A stretch of DNA of 63,986 bases, the filler included, from Reticulomyxa filosa (lineage: Eukaryota > Protista > Foraminifera): the NCBI GenBank assembly GCA_000512085.1. It is 21 parts of 21 records of this genome, joined end to end, with 100 filler letters (N's around TTAATTAATTAA, not from the genome) between each part and the next. Parts side by side here need not be neighbours in the genome. Positions count along the whole stretch, not along the records: positions 24,500 to 30,725 come from ASPP01011447.1; positions 30,826 to 34,872 come from ASPP01028689.1; positions 34,973 to 37,295 come from ASPP01018532.1; positions 37,396 to 41,166 come from ASPP01006618.1; 17 more parts are not named here. One strand, given 5' to 3'. The translations under genes and the position numbers were made by a program. Position 1 is the stretch's first letter, and each line of letters begins with the position of its first letter. Below are positions 27,801-39,768 of this stretch, piece after piece. Under the pieces are notes generated by a model, which had not been told where the DNA came from, did no database searches, and saw nothing but the letters and a program-made list of their open reading frames with translations.

Positions 27801-28258
27801 TTTTAAGCCTTAAGCTTTAAAGTTTTTTAATTACACATATGTGAAACTTTTTGGTAGAAAGAGCTGGATCGTTTGAACAACTTTATATTATCTGAACACA
27901 GAACAAATAGATTGTTCTGAGATTTTGAATTGCTGTGATATTGATTCTATAACGATTAGTATGACTGATGAGTATTTGCAAAAAAAACTAATTTATACAA
28001 AAAGTGGTCCATAATGCCGGCAGCCACAGAAGTATTTATTTTTTTTCACATTCGAAAATTCAATCATTACCAACATTTTATTTTTGCATTATTAAAGTTT
28101 TTCCATTACTACAGACAACAAACTGCAATAAGCTTTGTTTTAGTTTTTTTTTTTGAAAAAAACTTGAAAATCGGGTTAAAAAAAAACTACTCCAAAACCA
28201 GGTTAAAAAAAAAACTTGAAAATCCAGATAATAAAAACTTTACTTTCCATTAGCAAAA

Positions 28259-30725
28259 ATGAATAAGAATTGTCTTTTTGGAAAACCAACAAGAAAATTG
28301 AAAGAGTATTACAGCTCTCAAAACAAATTAGCTCCATTATTTGATGATGTTCTACAAGCAGTTGCTAACTGTCCTGTCCGATTGATTCGAAGAACAAATA
28401 ATATAAATAATGAAGAAGATGAAAAATGCCCAAACACAATGGATTATTCATTGATTTATACTGAACAAAAAACGACAGAATTAGAAGACATTTGGAAAGT
28501 AAAAAAAAAAGGAAACTCTAAGAATAGAAAGTTTGGAAAAAAGAAAGAAAAGAATGATGAAGAAGACAGATGGGAAGATAGAGACACAGAAGATGAAGAT
28601 GAAAAAGAGAGATATTTTTGGATAGGAATTGAAGAAGATGGTGAAAAAAGAGAAAAAGAAGAGAAGATCCGTCACATTAATATCCACGGTGAAGCCAAAA
28701 CTGGAAAAAGTATATTGGTACAAAAAATTTCATATCTGTGGGCAAAAAAACAATTGTGGAATGACAGATTTCAATTATTGTTGCAAATTCCTTTGAGGAA
28801 AATTGCAAATATTTTTGGAAAAAGAATGGACAAAAATGATGATAACATTGAAGATCAATGGTTAAAGATCATGAAAGAATTGAATATTCCACAATGGAAT
28901 ACAGATGATACAAAATCTGTGATCAATGCAAGAGATAGATTATTGTTGGTATTGGATGGATTCGATGAAATTGCAAATGAATTGGATACAAAGCCAGGTT
29001 TGAAACAATGGCTGCAACATTGTATTGCAAATTCAAACTATTCTATACTTATGACAAGTCGTCCTAATGCAATATGTTCATATTTGAATAATAAATTAAG
29101 AAGATTCGATATTGTTGGATTTCAAAGAAGGGATATTCAAAACTATGTTTATGGATATTTTCAAAGTATTACAGATAATGATAATAATATGCAAGCAGAT
29201 GCGCTAATAAAAACATTGAAAAATAATCCAAATTTGCAATTATTAAGTCACACTCCATTATGTTTGCGTTTGTTTTGTTATCTTGCAAGACAAGAAATGG
29301 ATGAAAGGAAAGAAGAGCAAATGAAAGTATTTGATGAATTAAATAATATTCCAGTTTCAAAATTATATGAAAAATTGTTGGAATGTTATATGAAATGGAA
29401 TTGGATAAAGTCGAATAAAACAAATAAACAAAATATGTTTAATACTTTTAAAATGGAAATTGATTATTTGTCACAGCTTGCATGGGAAGGATTAAAATGT
29501 GGACAAATAGACATTTCTTGTGAAATTCAAGAAAGAGTATTACATTCAATTCAAATGAAATATCCACGTAAATGTACTGCAAATACATCTCATTGGTCTC
29601 AAATTTATGCATTTGGATTTTTACAAGGACAAGGATCAATGAATTCATCACATCCAATTAATTCAGTGTATTTTCCTCATTTAACATTTCAAGAATGGCT
29701 TGCAGCTTATTATTTAGTTCAATGTTTATATGAACCAGTTGAATCAGATAATCACAAACAAGTATGTTCTATTTTAATTAATGAACAACTCAATTCTAAG
29801 TATTCAATGATGATACCTTTTATGGCTGGAATATTATATCATAATATTGAAAATAAAAAAGATACATCAGGATCTGGTTTATTACATTTTTGGAAGTTAT
29901 TACATTCTCCATCACTTTGTCAATTATCTCCTATTCATCAAATGATATTAAGTGTATGCTGTCTGGATGCTTGCAAAGCAGATATAGATAGTTCATTTCT
30001 TCAATCTCAAATTAAAAATTATCATAAAACCGTCATTAATTCATTCAAATCATTTCTAATTAATTGGATTAATTTTAATAAAGACAAAGATAGTAATGAA
30101 CATCAAATTGTGTATCAATCATTTCATAAAGTAATAGAACAATATTTATTCAATTTACAATATATTTTTATTCATCCAGATATTCATTTATCTATTATAG
30201 ATCAACTTAAATTGGTCGAGAACACATTAAAAGAAGGCAAAAACAGTAAATTAGTAACTCGATTAAGATATTTGAATGTATCATCACAAACATCAAAAAT
30301 GGTAATAAAATATTGTCAACAAGGATTTCAAGACAAAGATAATCCTATTCGTAAAATATATATGAATACTTTTGAATCAATAGCATTGAAAACGCAAATA
30401 GATAATATTTTTAAAATTTTATTAGATGGATTGCATAATAAAAATAAATATATTCATACGAAATGTGCTAAATTAATTGAAGCAACATCATGGAATATGA
30501 ATAAAGAACAATTAAATAATATCTTTGAATCTTTGATGACTATGTTTGATCAATCAAATACTCTTCTTTGTGAATCATGTTCAAAAGCATTTGGAGCAAT
30601 AATTATACAATTAAATACAGAACAAATAGATAATGCTTTAGAATGTATGTTATCGCAATTTAAAAAAAAAGATACAAATATTATTAAATTATGTGAAATG
30701 ATAATTGAAATGATTATAACAAAAT
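28259..30725 (+). CDS. NACHT-family STAND NTPase with C-terminal HEAT/ARM-like repeats (NLR-like), 3'-truncated
   Basis: Walker A IHGEAKTGKS, Walker B LLLVLDGFDE, sensor-1 LMTSRP, HTPLCL (xxP motif), winged-helix FPHLTFQEWLAA. Then ~39-aa helical repeats (IDNIFKILLDGL..., LNNIFESLMTMF..., IDNALECMLSQF...). Intronless. Confidence 0.92.
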
Positions 30726-30916
30726 NNNNNNNNNNNNNNNNNNNNNNNNNNNNNNNNNNNNNNNNNNNNTTAATTAATTAANNNNNNNNNNNNNNNNNNN
30801 NNNNNNNNNNNNNNNNNNNNNNNNNTGTATTGAAATAGGATGATATAGGAAAAGCAAAATGCGAAGTTTTCATATTTTCTTTTTTTTTATTTATTTTATT
30901 TTATTTTGTTGTAAAT

Positions 30917-31935
30917 TTGTCTATTTTGTACTTTTCAAAAACTATACAGCTTGGCACACGTGTGATGGTGGATGAAACGAGTAAATCGATAATTATGAAT
31001 GCTTTGACATTAGAAGAGTTGATTTATAAAATTTATTGTTCTTGTTTAGATTTGCAGCATTTAAAAAAAATGAAACAAGAAAATTTGACATTTGAATTAG
31101 TTGATATGAAGGATAATATTATCGATTCTGATGAAGCAGTTAAACAAGCATTTGTGAGTGATGAAACTTCGTATAAAATACTTTGGAGACCAATAATAAA
31201 TGAAAATCACAAGATAATAAAGAATCCATTAGTTGTGATGATTGCAATTAGTGAATATATTGATAACACAAAATGGCCTAATATTCCAAATATAAAAGAT
31301 GATGTCAAAAATTTCAAACAATTATTTGAGGAAGAATTAAATTATCAATTTATGTGCAATTCATCTCCAAAAATGACAAAAATAGATTTACAAAATTTAT
31401 GGATCGATTATTTGTTGATTTTGAAATTCGTACAAATGAAAAAAAATATGATGGATTGATAATAATTATTTGTGGACATGGAGAGAATGAAAACAGGTTG
31501 GTAACAAGTGATGGAAAAAATATGCCAATTGATGATATACTTAAAGCATTTGATTGTGAGAAAATAGAATCTTTTAAAGATTTTCCAAAAATATTTATAA
31601 TTGACATATGTCGTAATCAAAACACTTCAGCTGCTTATATAATGAGAGGAAAGATAGAAGAAAAGGAAGATATGCAGGTACCTGGACATAATCATGATGG
31701 ATTTTTGATTATTTGGTCAACTATACAAGAATATCAAATTGCAAATCGTTCATTATTAAGTAATAGCATGAAAAGTGTTGTGATGTCTAAATATAAAAGT
31801 AAATATCCATTAAAACAAATGTTGCACGATATTAGACAAGACATTCAAAAAAGTGGAAATAGTGAATGGTATTGTATGAAAACACAAGACTCTACTTCAT
31901 ATGACATGATTTTTGTTGCTAGAGAAACATTATAA
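30917..31935 (+). CDS. Caspase-like protease (peptidase C14/clan CD) with an N-terminal PB1-like domain; one 1-nt frameshift at ~31395
   Basis: NPLVVMIAISEY (beta1), DVKNFKQLFEEELNY, catalytic His in YDGLIIIICGHG, catalytic Cys in FPKIFIIDICR, p10-like GFLIIWST. Two overlapping ORFs join at acaaaatttatgg. Confidence 0.85.
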
Positions 31936-32628
31936 CTTTTTTTTTGCTTGAAGGGAGTTATTCTTTGAAGTATGCTGATATAGTTTAATGTTTTTTCGAA
32001 TTAAGTAAAATTTCAAATTACATTAAATACGAGCTAGTAAAATTGAGTTTTATGACAAAAATTCTTTTCTTTACATATTAACTGAGATGAAGTGGTGTTG
32101 TCAAAACTTCAAAAAAGAATGTGAATCGTTCATTCATTTGACAAATTGAAACTATTATTTTGAGATTATTTGAAAGAAATGAGTTGAGATAAACAACAAG
32201 CCAACATAAAGAAGATTGTTCTGAAAAACTTTAGAGCCTCTTTTTTTTCGATACTATTAACAGCACTATACCAGACACAATTGAAAATTTGGTCGGCGTA
32301 AACTATTGGATGCACATCTTTTCGATGCTTTGTGTTTTGTTTACGAATGAAAAAAAAAAGACTTACTGGGGATTAGCAATTTGACCAATTTACAAGAAGT
32401 GCTCATATATTCAAATTAGATGAGATAAACTGCAAATCAGGAAAAAAGAAAGGATGGTTTCAGATAATATTTAGAACAATTGAATCAAGAATTGTGTAAC
32501 ACAAATTTTTTCAACTTTGAAAAACAATGGTGTAATACATGCCATAATGTATTAAAACTTCACTTCAAAAAATGATTTGTTTGCAATCTTTTTGAATTAA
32601 AAAGGAAATTATGTTCTTTGCATAAGTT

Positions 32629-34782
32629 TTAAAATCCCCAAATCCGAATTTTACAATCTATAGAACCTGATGCAATTAGATTTCCACTTTGAGAAACATC
32701 CATACAAATCACAGAATGTGAGGGCCCTTTTATCTTTTGTATTTCCTTTCCTGATTTTACGTTGCACAATTGAATTACACTATCTCTTGAACACGACACA
32801 AATATTTGGCAATCTGTAAAATAATTTGCATAATCCGCTTGTTTTAAACTTCCTTTCAATGTTTTCCTTTCTTTTTCCTGTTTTGGTGTCCCATACTTGA
32901 ACTTCATTATCCAATGAGCAGGAAATAATACATTTACCATCTGGAGAAAATTTTGCACATGTCACACGAGCAAAATGTCCTCCAAATTCTTTCAATCTTT
33001 CACCAGATTTTACATCCCACAGGCTAATTTTTCTATTACTTAATGATGATAAAATCATTTCACCATTTGGTGAAAATTGTGTACTTAATACATCACTTGA
33101 ATTTTCTAATAGTTGTTTCATTTCTTTTCCAGAATATGCATCACATATTCGTATTGTATTTCGTAAACTTAATACAATATACTTTCCATCTAGAGAAAAA
33201 TTTACATCCGATATCGTACCAGAATCGCTTTCTAATCTTATTATCTCAGTTCCTGTATTAACATCCCATAATCGAATTGTTTCATCTTCTGAACATGAAA
33301 CAACAGTATGTCCATTTGGTGAAAATTTTGCAGTAAAGACAGAATTAGTATGTCCACTGAAAGTCTGAATGTTTTTTCCCGATTTGACATCCCATATTCG
33401 AATAGTATGATCACGTGATGCTGAAACAATCTCGCGACCATCTGCAGAAAAGTTTACACTGCTAACTGTATTGCAATGTGCTTGTAAAACCATTAATAAT
33501 TGAAAACCTTTTATCTATTTGAAAATATAAATTGTATATAACAGATATTTTTTTATTGATATGTCAAAAAAAAAAGTATTACTAAACATTTCTAAAAATA
33601 ATTTTGTTAAAATCATTAATCCATCCTAATTTTATCTTTAAAGTTCGAATCCAATGTTGGACAATAAATTTTATTTGATTTGACTGTGGACCATTTAATC
33701 AAGTTTATACAATAGAATTTATTTGTGTTTAATTTTAAAAACAAATCAAAAGAAAGATTACCAGCGGCAAAGGATTATATGCACGTATTTTTTTCTCCAT
33801 ATGGATTGATCCTCTGATTTTTTTATAATTACGTCCCCCAATGATATGTGCATGAGTATTGTCTTTATTTAATATCCCAAAGCAGCCGTACAACGGAATA
33901 GGCAAATTACGTTTAAATTTAAACCACTTTTTTCTTTTAATTAAATATTTATGTACTGATTCTGAAACAATATGCTCATTAATAGATTTAGAACAATATC
34001 CACCAAAGAACAAAATTATACCATTGATGCATACATATGCATAAAGATTGAATGGGGCAATATCCTTACAAACAGGTAGTTTATGAAATTGAAAAGTGTT
34101 TTTATTTTCATTATATTCTATTGATAATCCTGTCTTTTTACAAAACAACAACATTTTAATGTTTTTTTTTGGATTTTTTTTCATCATTCCTTGTTTTTGT
34201 TCATTTTTTGATCTTGATACAAAGCAATGATATTGAATAAAATCATTAGTTGGTAATTTGTCGTGTTTAATAAATTGGACCGTATTTAAATTAAACACAC
34301 TAATATTATTATATTTAAAAGTGATAAATAATAAATGATTATTGATTCCGCCAATCACTGCACGTGCCCCTCGATAATCATTTTTCATCTCTTCCAATGA
34401 TAATTGGGCATTCATAATAATCTTTGAAAGGAACCCATTCGTTGTAATTGTATGATCCAGTATTCCAAACACTTACATATTTCATCACCAATGTATGTTT
34501 TTTTTGATATGTAGATCCACCAAAAGATAACAAAGTTATTCGATTTCTGTCTTCATTGTTGTTATCTACCAGTTTCACTACGCAGTGTCCACTTAAAGAA
34601 ACATCACTTGGATATTCACAGATAAACTTGTACTCGTCTTTGAGTGTATGATAAGAATAACAAGCTCTTTGGTCGTAACCTCCACAAATGAGGATTTCAT
34701 GTTTATATAATACACATTGAGAGTGAGAAAGGGGAATGGGCAAAGCGTTCAAAATTTGAAAGCTAAGACGTCGATTAGCCAT
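32629..34782 (-). CDS. Kelch-like propeller + 32-aa box + WD40 propeller fusion; exons 34782-33762, 33683-33588, 33514-32629; two 1-nt frameshifts in A-runs
   Basis: Kelch-like ILICGGY, LLSFGG, AVIGG, ILFFGGY, HIIGG. A phase-0 GT-AG cassette exon (SNQIKFIVQHWIRTLKIKLGWINDFNKIIFRN) splices in frame to ~7 WD40 repeats ending KIRIWGF. Frameshifts at ~34385 and ~32875. Confidence 0.8.
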
Positions 34783-35044
34783 GTTATTAATGTCGCTAAA
34801 TTTTTTTTAACTTTTTTTAAAAAAAAAGGAGCCTTTTGAAAACAACAAAAAATGTATTTTAGTGGATTTTTTNNNNNNNNNNNNNNNNNNNNNNNNNNNN
34901 NNNNNNNNNNNNNNNNTTAATTAATTAANNNNNNNNNNNNNNNNNNNNNNNNNNNNNNNNNNNNNNNNNNNNTTATATATATGTATATTTACATATATTA
35001 CATATGTGTATATATACAAATATATTTATTCATTAATATAAACT

Positions 35045-35662
35045 CGAGTGGTTGGTTTCGTTTTGGCTTGATATACCCCTATATTTGGGGCATGCAAGGA
35101 ACGAGCAGTTTGTTGTTCCTTTTTCAAAGCAGCATATTCTTCATCTAATACGCTTTCAATTCGTACTTTTTATTTTTTTTTTTTTTTTAGTGTAATGTAT
35201 GATTACTATTTGTCGAACATCGACAAAAGATCACATAAAAAATATTGCTTCTTCCTTAACCAATCTCATTTGCGTGCTTTTTTTTCCAAAAACAAAATAA
35301 AAACCTGCCTCACGCAGAAATGGCTCGAGTTCAAGGGGTCCCAGCGACGAAATGAGCTCCTTTTCCTCTTGTACTGCCTTGTCTTTTGCTTTCAGCAACC
35401 ACGCGCGTATTGTCTCGTCAGTGATCATTGATATCGCATTATCACGTACGAGTCCTGTCCCATTTGTATCACCCTTTCTTATATTCAGTTGTGTGTGTGT
35501 GTGCTTCTCTCTCTCTATTTGGTGTTGTTCTTTTCTTACTTGCGCTTTTAAGCTCTTCAACCAATCATTCAACTTGCTAACTATGATATCAAACTGTTTC
35601 AATTCATTTTTCAAATCATCACCCTTCTCTTGGACGAGAGAGAATCCTTTTGACGTGGCCAT
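35045..35662 (-). CDS. Hypothetical coiled-coil-like protein, 5' part, spliced
   Basis: ATG-started ORF MATSKGFSLVQEKGDDLKNELKQF..., with intron-like segments and a further exon (KVRIESVLDEEYAALKKEQQ). Confidence 0.5.
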
Positions 35663-36092
35663 TTACGATAAGTGTGGCAAATATGTATCCCCTTTAAAAA
35701 AACGTTCGAAGACGAGGTTCTATACCCGTGTCTCGAGCAACAGCCGCACGCAAAAGGAGAAATTTAAAAAGTGTCTACAAGCTTTGAATAGTTCAATTTG
35801 TATGTTTATGAGGGAACAGAATATGTTTGTTTTTTGCTTTTGCTTTTTTTTTTTTTTTTTTTTTGCTTGATCGAGATACAGTTTAGTGTGTCAGCGTTGT
35901 TGTTGAAAACTTATTGATTATCAAACCAAAAAAAAAAATCAAAATATATTTGTAACATTTTTTTTTCTTTGCATTTTAAATTGAATTGTGTATCAATTGA
36001 GAAGGAAACATGAAAATCTTATGGAAGTAATATAGGTCGAGCATCCATTCATACATGCACACACATCAAAAAAAGCAAAGTATTTTTTCCCC

Positions 36093-36950
36093 TCAAAGAA
36101 TAGCAGCCCTGACCAAAGGCGACAAAAGAACAATGGCATTTCCGACGGCGCAGACCAAGACATAGATCCACCACTTGGCTTCGCTGGACAGATAGGTATG
36201 CAAGATAAACAAAATGGCGGTGGGCAGTGTGCGAAAGAGCATGATGTTCGAATACGTGGCCGTGTGATTGCCAAGCAAGATGGTAGTGACGGCTGCCATT
36301 TGCGTGAACATGCCAGCGTCGGCCAAGCCAAAGCACATGGCTGTCAAAACAAAGGGCCAATAATTGATATGTACGTTCGCATTGTCTGTGGAATACGATT
36401 GCGATTGCGATTGTGATTGGCCATGCAACACCATCACATACAATATCAAATACCCACACAAATAGCACAATGTCGCAAACAGCCAAATCTTCAATCTCCC
36501 CACTTTCATACGATATGTTTTTGGTTGCGGTTCGTCTTGCACGGACGCATGTTGCACTCCATTTTGATCACGCATGTGCGTCTGAGTCTTGAGCGAACTC
36601 TTGGAAGATGACGATGAATCTGAAATTTTTCCAAAGATAATACTGAATGCACCCGCAAAAAAGCCATAAACTGACAAAACGTAAAACTTGGTGGCTTTGT
36701 CGTGAATGAAGATAGGAAACTCGCCGGAGAGATACGACGTGGTCAATCCAGTGTAAACAATGGACAGCACCAAAACATGAAACTCGCGACGCTTCCATTG
36801 CGACACGATGCAAGTCAACGTCTCCATCAACAACAGTATTTTCGAGTCGTTTGCTATTAGTTTGCCGTTGCCCGTTCGATCGGCTTTTTTCAAGTTCTCT
36901 AATGTGTCGATCACGTCTTTGGAGGTCGCTGTTGTGACTCTATCCTTTTC

Positions 36951-36982
<32 letters not shown>

Positions 36983-37247
36983 CATCATCATCATCACTAT
37001 TGTCATCATCGTTATCATTATCATTATCATTACCATTATCATTATCGCCATCATCATCATCATCATCCACTTTATGCTTTTTTTTAGTCCACAACTCCTT
37101 ATTCTCCTTCACCACTTTTGTCGTGCCCATTTCAATCCCATTGTCAACACCCATTTTCATGTGATCTTCCATTGCAGACTTTTTCTCCTTTCCTCTTTTA
37201 TCCATCTTATTTCTATATCGAATTTTTTTTTTCCCCCTATGCACCAT
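36093..37247 (-). CDS. UNC-93/MFSD11-like MFS membrane protein, C-terminal half
   Basis: Long acidic/Asn loop, then about 6 TMs: LVLSIVYTGLTTSYLSGEFP, YVLSVYGFFAGAFSIIFGKISD, AMCFGLADAGMFTQ, IMLFRTLPTAILF. Confidence 0.72.
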
Positions 37248-37419
37248 ATAAATATATGTACATATATATGTACATATATATATATATATATATATNNNNN
37301 NNNNNNNNNNNNNNNNNNNNNNNNNNNNNNNNNNNNNNNTTAATTAATTAANNNNNNNNNNNNNNNNNNNNNNNNNNNNNNNNNNNNNNNNNNNNACACA
37401 CACACATATAAACAGAAGA

Positions 37420-39138
37420 GCTACCAAATGTCACAAAACTGGAAGATGCTTCTGGAGGTGACGGATATGAAGAACCTGAAAAGTCGGTGTCGTTGTCGAA
37501 TGATGATGTTGAGGATGCGCTAAGTGGCATTGAGAAAGAGAACACGATACTTTCGAGCGAAGGTGCTGGAGATGCTCATCATCGAGGCTCGACGGTCGAC
37601 ACGTTGATGCAAGGCCCTGACCAATTGTCGAAACAAAAACAAGCCGAGGCAGAGCAAGCCAAAGCAGACTTACTTCAAAAAAATATTGAGTTAGAAAACG
37701 CAAAAAAAAGGGAAGAAACATATCAACTCGATTTGCAAAAGTACATTGACCAAATTAGTGAATTGAGAAAGAGAATCGAACAGCAAGATATTATTATCAA
37801 AGTTAGTATTATTGGTATCTACATAAATATATACAATAACATATATGTATATATGTTATGTATACGTAAATATGTTTTCGATCATTGTAGAGAGGAAGTA
37901 GAAAAAGTCTTGCATACCTTTCTTATGTAAATGTGAAAAGGAACAAGAACAAAGGATTGTCGAGCTTCAACTCCAATTGCAAGAATTGCAAAATGCAAAT
38001 GCTGCTTTGCAAAATGAAGTCAAAAAGGAACCTGTAAACACTGGACCTGACTTGGAAAAAGAGAGCTTGCGACAAGAAGTGGAAAAACTGAAAAAAGAAA
38101 TGGAAGATATGAAAAAAGAAAACAAAGAATCGGAAGATCAATTGGAAAAAGAGTTTTTGAAAACACAAAACCAATTGCAAACTCATCGCTCCACTACCCA
38201 AGAGTTGCGCAAAGAAACGGAACAACAAAAAGTTGCCCTTGCTGAATTGGAGTCAGAAAATGCTGCATTGCATAAACAATTAGATCAATTACGCATGGTA
38301 TTTTATCTTTTTTTTTTTAACTTTTAAAAAAATCAATATAAACAAATGCAAATAAATAAGTAACAATAATAATAAAACTTAACAAATTAAAGGAAAGCGT
38401 ACGCAACGCGCAAGAAAAAAAACGCTCCAGCGTCGAACTTCCACAATCTTCCACAGAGCTGTCCCACAACGACTCCAAAACCAATGTGGTAATCGAAAGA
38501 ACGGAAGAAGAGCTGCAATTGAATTTGAGTTCCATTGAATTGCTGTTATATCGAATTGCTGGAAATGACATGGTTGACTCTCGTATGGGACAAGAACAAA
38601 AGATTAAAAAAGTTTGTGACATGGTCCTGGCCTTGTCCAAAGAAATTGGTGATTTGATGGATCGATGGCTGCAAAAAAAGCAACAAAAGGCCAGTGCACG
38701 ACTTCGCTCAGACAAATTGTTGTTCCAAGCCCGTGGTTTGATTGCCCAATTCACCGTTTGCAATGTATGTAGGCTGGGACGAACAACGATATTACTTGTT
38801 TTTGTTCAAAAAGCAAGCGAAACAAAATTGTGGATTGTTTGATGTGTAACTTATAATATGTATTTTTAAAGAATCAATTGATTGAATATGAAGCCTCGAA
38901 TCTGAATGCCATTGTGCATGAAAACCGCAGTTACAAGAAAGAAAACAAGGATCTCCAAAAAAAACTTCTCAATAAGGAAACTGAATTCCGAATCTTATTT
39001 GAAAAATGCACCAAAATGGAAGAACAAATTAAAGAATTGTTGGCGGCGGAAAATGATACTACTCTTGGCAATGAAGCAGAATATTTGGAAGGAGATCTTT
39101 CTCATGGTGCATCTCTTCACGGACTTTATTCCAAATAA
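37420..39138 (+). CDS. Hypothetical long coiled-coil protein, multi-exon, 5'-truncated
   Basis: Four E/K/Q-rich heptad ORFs (37487, 37977, 38486, 38878) separated by AT-rich GT-AG introns. Confidence 0.7.
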
Positions 39139-39768
39139 TTTTTTTCAGAGATAGACGTTTTTTTCTTTTTTTTTCTTGTTGTTATGGTTCGAATAAGGAA
39201 CGGAAATATGCTTTTGTCGATTTTGTGTAAAATGTTCTTTAACAGAATTTTATCGACTTTCTGAGTTGTGGAAATATAACTGAAATATTTTCTTTTTTCT
39301 GCAAATAAACACAGAATCAAGTAAAAATTGAAGAATAAACATATTTCAATATATTTAATTTCTAAATAACTACGCACATTTTTGTTTTTGTTGAATCTGT
39401 ATGCAGGTGAAAGTAAGTACGTTTGAAATAAAAGGGGTTCAACTGTTCCTTAACCAATAGGGTCTTGCTCTGTGCTATGTCTAATTTTAGCAAGAAAAAA
39501 GAAATTAATGGTGAGGTAATTCAGAACAAACTAAATTTTTCATTAATTCACATGTCTTACTTTTCAAAACAAAAATGACGAAAAGAGAACAGCTGATTTA
39601 TGAAATGATAAGTGAGCGAATGTACAAAAAGATTAAGGCAATTGAGATTGGTTGTTCTTTTCAGAGAAATTTGTAACCCCACACAAATGTATTTGTAAAA
39701 AAGAAAGTGAAGGAACAATTTGGGGAGAAAAAAACTTGCCAAGCTGAATATCAATTAGATTTTGGGGA

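Noticed and set aside
28259-31935. NACHT gene directly followed by a caspase-like gene as a sensor-effector cluster or fusion
   Set aside because: The spacer at 30726-30825 separates them, so the adjacency is an artefact of concatenation. Any functional link is only inference.
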